A stretch of 32,000 nt of DNA from Vibrio phage Bennett. The notes beneath the pieces were generated by a model, which saw nothing but the letters and a program-made list of their open reading frames with translations, was not told the DNA's origin and did not search any database. The translations under genes were made by a program, and so were the position numbers. Every line of letters starts with the position of its first letter. Position 1 is the stretch's first letter. Shown one piece after another: positions 25,175-32,000 of the stretch. The stretch lies in sequence record MN958086.1; one strand, given 5' to 3'.

Positions 25175-28014
25175 GTAACATACTAGATTCAGCAAAACAA
25201 CATCTAAGTAATACAGAAAACCTTAAATTGGCTCATCTAGTTTCTTTGGAGTTACCTGGTGAGGAAGGTGTTTTTGTATACTTTACTGACTACTTTAGAA
25301 GCATCACTTTCAAAGGTCATAAATACGAAACTGGTGTAGTTAAGCGCATAGGTGACGTAAAGCAAACAAAAGACTTCAGCATTTATAGAGTACCTGTACA
25401 AGTTAGTGGGGCTATAGAAGAAGAGATAAATAGAGTTCTTAATTCTAAAAGTTTCTTAAATAGAAAAATAAAGATTCTTAGAGCATTCCTAGATGAGGAT
25501 GGTCAAGTGATCCCTATCTACTCTAATGGGGATACAATTACATACTTTGAAGGTATTATAGTAACCAGCAAGTTAGATGAGACTAATACTAGCTCTGGTA
25601 CTGGGCGATCTACTATTACATGGAACTGTGCGAACAAGAACTATGAACTAGACGCTGTAAATGGTCGTATAACGGATGATGAGTCTCATCGTGGCCTTAT
25701 CAATGTAGGCGGTACTATGCAACCATCAGGTTCTGCTAAAAAACCAGAATATCAATTAGATCGCGGTTTCTTCCATGCTGGTAAGTCTGTAAAACTACTT
25801 GCTGAATACCAGACAAAGGAAAAACGTTTTAGATTGAAAAAACGTAGAGCAGGCGGATTCAGGGGGTTGATGGGTCAGAAGCACTACGACATGGAAGAAT
25901 ACTGGGCAGACGTTGTAAGGGAAGTAGATATGGATATAAACCTTACAGCAAAATACTTGCCAGTCCTTTATGGTGTGCAGAAAGTATCTGGTATCCCTAT
26001 CTTCTTTGACACAGACATTGGTAATCCTGAGGAAGTGTGGGCTGTATATGCTTTCTGTGAAGGAGAAATTGATGGTTTTCTTGATATATTCTTTGGTGAC
26101 AATCCCATGATCTGTGTATCAGAGAATGATCAAGAGAAACGTGCCTGTGTAGGTATGAAAAGAAATAATGGTGATACTATAGGAGCACTAGCACCTAAAA
26201 GTGGAAGAACAGCCCCAAGTAACCACGGAGAGCATTATATCTACAATGATGGAGACGGCCCTATAGAGTTCTGGACGTTCCACGGATCAAGTACACAAGA
26301 TGCTGCCAATATTCTTGTCAATAAAGCGGCTGCTGGTGAATTTAAGCTACAGAGTGATGGTAGCTACGGTTCAGAATATTGGGACGATACATTCAAGTTA
26401 CTAGACACAGCATACGTTGTTGTTAAGTATACTCTCAATGAAAATAGAACAAGTATTCCAGAAGTTTCAGCAGAAATACAGGGTAAGAAAATCCCAGTAT
26501 ACCACGAAGACGGAACATCCACTAGCGATAAGACCTCACTTAACCTAGCATGGCAAGCACTAGACTATCTAAGAAGTACAACTTATGGGGCGGGCCTTAC
26601 TCTAGATGAGATAGATTTACCAGCCATTCAAGAATGTGCTAAGATAATGGATGACATTGATAACTCTTACGAGCCAGCTTGGGTTCCTTACTGGAGATAC
26701 CTTGGATGGGAGGATTATAAGGCTGAGAATAGACAGATACTACAGGGATCGGGGCTACTATCTACTAGTGATACGGTATTTAAAAATATTCAGGCTTTAA
26801 TAGGGCAGTTCGATGCCTCATTGAATATAGTTAGTGGTAAATATACTCTTACTATGGAAGCTAATCGTCCCCCTATCTATGATATAGATGAGGGTGATAT
26901 TATAAATGGAAGCATTCAAGTATCAGATAATTCCATGGATCAAAAATATAATGCTGTTCAGGCCAGTATCATGGATCCATCTAAAGGTTGGGGTACTAAT
27001 ACCATTACGTTCTTCAATAAGGACTATAAACTAGAAGATAATGGTAAGGATAGGAAAGCTAATATATCTTTCCCATTTATTACTAACTACTATACAGCTA
27101 GAACACGTGCAGAGTACTACTTACGAAGATCTAGGTATAATAGAACTGTGTCTTTCGAGCTACCTTTTACATTTATGTGGTTGTACCCAAATGCCAATAT
27201 AACTCTTACTAAGAAGCGTTATAATTGGGATAAGAAGACATTCATGATACAGGATATGACATGGATGGCCAATGGCCACATCAAAGTAGTAGCAAGAGAA
27301 TACGATGAAACAATGTTCTTAAGCTCTGGACAAGTAGATAATAGTAATAATCAGATACCTGATGTAGTTGTGAATGTACTACCCCCTAGAGATCTTAAGT
27401 ATGAACCTAAGGTAGGGGATAATAAAGTGGGCCTTAATGGTACATTATCTTGGTTTCCTAGCTTGTCTAAACGAGTAGCGTACTACACTATTAAGTATAC
27501 TGGACTTACGGATCTTATCACTATCCCTGCTCCAGGTAACATAGCTCCAGCGCAGAGAATAGAGTTACCACTATATAATTTAGCAGAAGGTGAGTATACT
27601 TTTGAAGTGCGTGCGGTGTCATTCGATGGTGAAACAAGTATGCCTATAAGTATTACAGAGAAAATAAACCCTAGTGCGATACTGCCTATGATTGAAAATT
27701 TCGTTATAGTAAATCGAGCAGTAGTATCTGGTAACGTATTCGTAGGTAAAGACTTACAGTTAGCATGGGATGAGTTAATTGAGGGTAGGTCAGTAGACGG
27801 CTTCAAGTACCACTTGAGATTTATCTCTGGTGATACCGGAGACACACTAAGAGATGTTACTACAACAAGCACCACTTTCACATACACCCTAGCGATGAAT
27901 AAGGGAGACTTCAAACTCTTACATGGTACTCTAGGTATACACAGAAATATGACGGTGTATATTAGAGGTGAGGGTTATAACAATATAACTTCAATTAATT
28001 GGACGGTATTATGA
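25171..28014 (+). CDS. Baseplate hub protein, T5 pb3-like (947 aa), with C-terminal FN3-like domains
   Basis: Length and order after Dit; FN3-like C-terminus. Confidence 0.85.
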   Translation: MSNILDSAKQHLSNTENLKLAHLVSLELPGEEGVFVYFTDYFRSITFKGHKYETGVVKRIGDVKQTKDFSIYRVPVQVSGAIEEEINRVLNSKSFLNRKIKILRAFLDEDGQVIPIYSNGDTITYFEGIIVTSKLDETNTSSGTGRSTITWNCANKNYELDAVNGRITDDESHRGLINVGGTMQPSGSAKKPEYQLDRGFFHAGKSVKLLAEYQTKEKRFRLKKRRAGGFRGLMGQKHYDMEEYWADVVREVDMDINLTAKYLPVLYGVQKVSGIPIFFDTDIGNPEEVWAVYAFCEGEIDGFLDIFFGDNPMICVSENDQEKRACVGMKRNNGDTIGALAPKSGRTAPSNHGEHYIYNDGDGPIEFWTFHGSSTQDAANILVNKAAAGEFKLQSDGSYGSEYWDDTFKLLDTAYVVVKYTLNENRTSIPEVSAEIQGKKIPVYHEDGTSTSDKTSLNLAWQALDYLRSTTYGAGLTLDEIDLPAIQECAKIMDDIDNSYEPAWVPYWRYLGWEDYKAENRQILQGSGLLSTSDTVFKNIQALIGQFDASLNIVSGKYTLTMEANRPPIYDIDEGDIINGSIQVSDNSMDQKYNAVQASIMDPSKGWGTNTITFFNKDYKLEDNGKDRKANISFPFITNYYTARTRAEYYLRRSRYNRTVSFELPFTFMWLYPNANITLTKKRYNWDKKTFMIQDMTWMANGHIKVVAREYDETMFLSSGQVDNSNNQIPDVVVNVLPPRDLKYEPKVGDNKVGLNGTLSWFPSLSKRVAYYTIKYTGLTDLITIPAPGNIAPAQRIELPLYNLAEGEYTFEVRAVSFDGETSMPISITEKINPSAILPMIENFVIVNRAVVSGNVFVGKDLQLAWDELIEGRSVDGFKYHLRFISGDTGDTLRDVTTTSTTFTYTLAMNKGDFKLLHGTLGIHRNMTVYIRGEGYNNITSINWTVL

Positions 28015-30335
28015 TTGAAAACACACTGCCTAGGAAACTAGTCCTAGGCTCTATTGTACCGGGATATACTAAAGTGTACATCCCACACTCTATCTTCGAG
28101 GACGAGGATATAGTTGGTAAGGTATTCTGGGTAAACAATACTAAGTTCGTAGATACCAATACAAGTGTATTCTATACTATTATTGATAACCTAACACAGA
28201 ATACAACATATGATGATATCATAGGGTCTTATTATGACGCTATGATTGATTCTGAGTTATTAGATAATAAGATAGGTCTTAATTTATCTGATGTAGCTAC
28301 TACTAAGACATTAGCGTACCCGACTATAGATAATGTTATAGTAGGAGCTCAGGAAGTCGATGTCGGCGTAGGCGATCCTATAATTACAATGGATATACTT
28401 GGTTCTGCCGACTCTATTCGTATAGACAAAAAGCTGTCATCAGAAGACGATACTAAATGGGCACCTGCATACAGTGGTAGCCCTGATGGTGTGTCTTTTA
28501 CTACAGGTAGAGGCACGTATGACTTTAGGGTAGTTGGGTTTATTTACTTTCCTGATGGTGTTACTACAGAATTCTCTCCTTATAATATAGTAAGAAATGT
28601 TAAAGTAGAGAACATGTTCCGTCCACCAAGTGCTCCTAATAATGTCTCATTTAAGGTAGCAAAAATAATGGATGGGATGGAAAGGTATGATCTACAAGTC
28701 GCTTGGGACTGGAATAAAGGTACTGGCAGTTCTGTCAGAGAATTTGTTCTTTACTTTGTAGAGACTAGCGAGTATAATAAAACCAGATGGGAAAAAGCCA
28801 GCAAGGTTAATAGTGGCGCGGCTCAAGCCTCTGTTATTACAAGTTTCCCATTTAATAAAGAATATAAATTTAAGGTGGCGTCAGTAGCATGGGGGCCAGA
28901 CGACCAAGCTATAGTAGACTCATCTATTGCTACCTTTAAGATTGATAAGAATACTCCAATAGATTCTTCATTCACTAATAATACTGGTATAGAAGTAACA
29001 TATGACCATATAAAAGCTTATAGAAATATAAGTGGGTCTAAGGAACAAACATTCCTACTAGATGCAAATACAGGTGCTCTGGCAATAGGTAAACTTGATA
29101 TTCATGGTAAAGCGCCAGTATCAGTAGACCCTAATAGTGGTAATGTAAACGTTGATGGGGCGGTAATATCCAAGACAATGTACTCTGCCTCGTTCGTGCT
29201 ATCCAATCTAACAGGTAAAGATAATCCTAGTATTAGAACTGCATCTAAAACTGGTTTTGGTCAGTCTGCTCAAGGTATGTGGATGGGTTATGCGAACAAC
29301 GATTCTAAATTCAAGTTCGACCTAGGAGACTCTACTAGCTTCATAAGATGGGATGGGGATAAGTTAGTTATTTCTGGTAAAGTTCAGATTGGTACTCCAG
29401 GCGGTAATGTTGATATTGATAAAGGTATACAAGGTAACTTCGTAGCTAATATCTACAAAGCATCACAAACAAAACCTGGTAAACCTACTAGTAACGCTTT
29501 CCCACCAACAGGGTGGAGCGAAGTACCTATTACAAGTTCTAGTGGGTTAGTGTGGATTTCTACAGCAGTAATTGATTCTAAAACTAATAAGGTAGCTGCC
29601 AATAGTGCATGGTCTACCCCTATACAGTTTACAGCGGCCGCAGGTAAGGATGGTATAGCCTCAGTACTTATATACAGACAATCAGTGTCCAAACCTAGTA
29701 CACCTACTAATAAGGCAATCCCTCCATCTGGGTGGTCATTACAGATTCCAGCTAGAATAGCCGGACAATCTATCTGGGTATGCAGTGCTATTAGGACAGG
29801 TACAGAGCCTAATATAACAGGTAGCTGGTCAGCGCCAAGCAAGTTAAGCGGCGATGATGGTAAGCCCGGTGCTAATGGTAAGCCAGGAGCAGATGGTAAA
29901 CCCGGTGCTAACGGTAAGCCGGGGGCCGATGGACGACCTGGGTCTAATGGTGTAAGAGGCCCAGGTTTCTATGCACAAGCAATCTCTGGATTCTCTAGAT
30001 TTAATAACACTTCAGCAGCTACGTTCTTTAGGAACACGTTTAATAGCAACCCTGTTAAGTATGATGTATTAACACAATTCAATTCTAGCAACCCAGCCAT
30101 AGCAGAAACTAAGCAATGGAATGGTTCTAGTTGGGTTAGTGCGGCTCTACTTGTTCATGGTAACATGCTTGTAAATGGGTCTATAACTACTGAGAAGATA
30201 GTGGCCGATAATGCTTTCTTACAGAAAATTGGAGTTAACAAAATCTATGATAATAGCGCAGCCCAATCATCTAACCCAGAAGCAACGTATAAAATGAAGA
30301 TAGACCTCTCTGCAGGCTCTATACATATAAGATAA
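28011..30335 (+). CDS. Straight fibre/baseplate spike protein, T5 pb4-like (774 aa from MIENTLPRK), with FN3-like domains, duplicated W-rich module and collagen-like segment
   Basis: ATGA overlap with the hub gene favours the start at 28011; order after pb3-like gene. Confidence 0.8.
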   Translation: MIENTLPRKLVLGSIVPGYTKVYIPHSIFEDEDIVGKVFWVNNTKFVDTNTSVFYTIIDNLTQNTTYDDIIGSYYDAMIDSELLDNKIGLNLSDVATTKTLAYPTIDNVIVGAQEVDVGVGDPIITMDILGSADSIRIDKKLSSEDDTKWAPAYSGSPDGVSFTTGRGTYDFRVVGFIYFPDGVTTEFSPYNIVRNVKVENMFRPPSAPNNVSFKVAKIMDGMERYDLQVAWDWNKGTGSSVREFVLYFVETSEYNKTRWEKASKVNSGAAQASVITSFPFNKEYKFKVASVAWGPDDQAIVDSSIATFKIDKNTPIDSSFTNNTGIEVTYDHIKAYRNISGSKEQTFLLDANTGALAIGKLDIHGKAPVSVDPNSGNVNVDGAVISKTMYSASFVLSNLTGKDNPSIRTASKTGFGQSAQGMWMGYANNDSKFKFDLGDSTSFIRWDGDKLVISGKVQIGTPGGNVDIDKGIQGNFVANIYKASQTKPGKPTSNAFPPTGWSEVPITSSSGLVWISTAVIDSKTNKVAANSAWSTPIQFTAAAGKDGIASVLIYRQSVSKPSTPTNKAIPPSGWSLQIPARIAGQSIWVCSAIRTGTEPNITGSWSAPSKLSGDDGKPGANGKPGADGKPGANGKPGADGRPGSNGVRGPGFYAQAISGFSRFNNTSAATFFRNTFNSNPVKYDVLTQFNSSNPAIAETKQWNGSSWVSAALLVHGNMLVNGSITTEKIVADNAFLQKIGVNKIYDNSAAQSSNPEATYKMKIDLSAGSIHIR
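29850..29967 (+). repeat. Collagen-like Gly-X-Y coding repeat
   Basis: Encodes GDDGKPGANGKPGADGKPGANGKPGADGRPGSNGVRGP; 18-bp tandem-like DNA units. Confidence 0.9.
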
Positions 30336-30337
30336 TT

Positions 30338-31120
30338 ATGAGTAAAATAGTCAATTTAAAGATAGAAGAGGGAGCTACTTTTTCTCACGTATTGAAATTT
30401 ACTACTGATAAAGTAACGGGTCAACAACTAGACCCGCTTACTAATAAGTTAGTCCCTATCAAACAAAAAGGCCCTATAAACTTAACTGGTTATACTATTG
30501 TAGCTCAGTTAAGGACAGCGTTCTCAGATAAAGCAGACCTAATAGTAAATTTCGAAGCAACCATAGCTTCTGGTACAACTGGATTAGCATACATAGGGTT
30601 AACTAAAGAACAGACAGCAGGACTAGGCAAATTCGCCAATAAGAAAATAATTGGATTAGGTTCTGAAAGGGTATACGAGCTTGGATTCTATGATGTACTA
30701 TTAATAAGCCCTAAAGGTTCAGCAACTAGAGTATATCAAGGTAAGTGTTATTTAAGTAGAGCGGCTACACTAGACCCACTTATTGAAACAGGTCTTGGTA
30801 GTACAGTATCTAAGACACCTCTTACAGCTATAGGCACCCCATCTACATTAGTAGTGGATAATACAAAACCACACTATTTCGCAGGTATTAGATACTTTAG
30901 CGGAGGTATACAAGTTACTCCTACAGACGGTACTGTACAGATATTTAAGAAACCAGATACTTCTAGTACCTTCCAATCATCTCCGGTAGGTACTATATCA
31001 GCAGCTGTTCCTACAGCGGAAGTTACTTGGTATGGTAACTCTAAGGAAGTGAAGGCAGTACCTAATAACGTACTTGGAGCTGATTTCTACCAATTAGTAG
31101 TTGTAAGCAATATATCATAA
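30338..31120 (+). CDS. Putative baseplate/collar protein, T5 p132-like (260 aa)
   Basis: Position between pb4-like and the tail-fibre-like gene; BppU-like N-terminal pattern. Confidence 0.55.
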   Translation: MSKIVNLKIEEGATFSHVLKFTTDKVTGQQLDPLTNKLVPIKQKGPINLTGYTIVAQLRTAFSDKADLIVNFEATIASGTTGLAYIGLTKEQTAGLGKFANKKIIGLGSERVYELGFYDVLLISPKGSATRVYQGKCYLSRAATLDPLIETGLGSTVSKTPLTAIGTPSTLVVDNTKPHYFAGIRYFSGGIQVTPTDGTVQIFKKPDTSSTFQSSPVGTISAAVPTAEVTWYGNSKEVKAVPNNVLGADFYQLVVVSNIS

Positions 31121-31129
31121 GGAGCAACA

Positions 31130-32000
31130 ATGGCAGATAATATTGAAATTGAACAAAGAGTGTTAGACGGGGACTTAATTGGCCCTGTCAATGCTGAAAT
31201 AGATACTGAAGATTTCACTGGTCGAGTAGCTATAGAGAATAGTCTACTAGACGGTACTGGTTCTGAAATCTCAGTAGAACTATCAGAAAGCCTTGGAGTC
31301 GTTGGTATAGATGACTTAGTAGAGGTTAAGGCTGAAATAGATAAGTCTGTATTAAAAGCTGAGTCAACAGTAACTGAGGCTCAGAAACAGATTGATAAAG
31401 CCAACGCCACTATCGCTTCTCTCAACGCTATTAGCACTCAAATAACTAATCTAGTAGGTGAGGCTAAACAAGCAGCATCTACCGCTACTAATGAGGCTGC
31501 GGATGCTGAAAGAAGTGAAAATGCAGCAGCAGGTAGTGCAAAAGCCGCATCTGACTCACAAAGTGCAGCAGCAGGTAGTGCAAAAGCTGCATCTGACTCA
31601 CAAAGTGCAGCAGCAGAAAGCCAAGCCCAAGCTTTAGCATCTCAAAAAGCCGCCAAGACCTCTGAAACTAATGCTAGTGGTTCTGAAGCTAGAACATTAC
31701 AAAGCGAGAAAAATGCAGCTGCCTCGGCAAAGGAAGCTGATACAGATCAAAAAGCAGCACTGGAAGCTCAAAAAGCAGCAGAACTCGCAAGAGATGCTGC
31801 CAAATCTAGCGAGAATAAGTCTAGTACATATGCAGGTAATGCTTACAGTTCTAAGACAGATGCAGAAACAGCTCTAGCATCAGCTAAGAAATCAGAAGCA
31901 GCTGCGGCACAATCAGCTAAAGAAGCAGAAACGTCAGCATCCTCTATGACTCAATCTGTAGCGGACGCCAGTGCAGCTAGAGATGCTGCTATAGCTGCTA
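31130..32000 (+). CDS. Ala-rich coiled-coil tail fibre protein (L-shaped tail fibre-like), truncated by window end
   Basis: GGAGCAACAATG start; open to 32000; low-complexity AAxSxxxA heptads typical of phage fibre N-terminal shafts. Confidence 0.7.
   Translation, partial: MADNIEIEQRVLDGDLIGPVNAEIDTEDFTGRVAIENSLLDGTGSEISVELSESLGVVGIDDLVEVKAEIDKSVLKAESTVTEAQKQIDKANATIASLNAISTQITNLVGEAKQAASTATNEAADAERSENAAAGSAKAASDSQSAAAGSAKAASDSQSAAAESQAQALASQKAAKTSETNASGSEARTLQSEKNAAASAKEADTDQKAALEAQKAAELARDAAKSSENKSSTYAGNAYSSKTDAETALASAKKSEAAAAQSAKEAETSASSMTQSVADASAARDAAIAA
31523..31606 (+). repeat. 42-bp tandem duplication (14 aa: AAAGSAKAASDSQS)
   Basis: 31523-31564 and 31565-31606 differ at one base (gcc/gct); a partial third copy follows. 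Confidence 0.9.

Noticed and set aside
31671-31877. 68-aa alternate-frame ORF in the fibre gene
   Set aside because: It arises from the repetitive Ala/Gln/Lys codons of the fibre shaft.

Overview
The window reads as the junction between the pre-early terminal-repeat-like region and the late structural module of a T5-like siphophage (Demerecviridae-type), in reverse orientation to the usual T5 map. Left third: (i) a leftward cluster of small ORFs (497-2760), flanked by non-coding DNA with a 15-bp tandem repeat, DnaA-box clusters and a long-range inverted repeat, resembling the T5 injection-stop-signal region; (ii) a rightward block (3770-7411) that includes an A1-like metallophosphoesterase and a Dmp-like HAD phosphatase, driven by an rRNA-like promoter with a boxA-like leader, with a hairpin or operator-like element in nearly every intergenic gap. 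A lone 648-aa leftward gene of unknown function (7613-9559) sits between this block and the late operon, behind a perfect consensus sigma70 promoter. From 9679 onward the late operon is ordered: small terminase, large terminase, HNH, portal, prohead protease, major capsid, connectors, tail terminator, tail tube (Ig-like domain), tail proteins, tail-assembly chaperone with a probable +1 frameshift, an HK97-fold-like protein, tape measure, Dit (pb9-like), hub (pb3-like), pb4-like fibre with a collagen-like segment, a p132-like protein, and the start of an Ala-rich coiled-coil tail fibre cut by the window edge. Most interesting: the second capsid-like protein inside the tail operon, the UUU-CGA +1 frameshift candidate, the rRNA-like promoter/boxA leader, the shared hairpin-SD leader on three genes, and the orphan leftward gene. 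Family assignments come from motif recognition, gene order and recall of T5 proteins; no database search was run.
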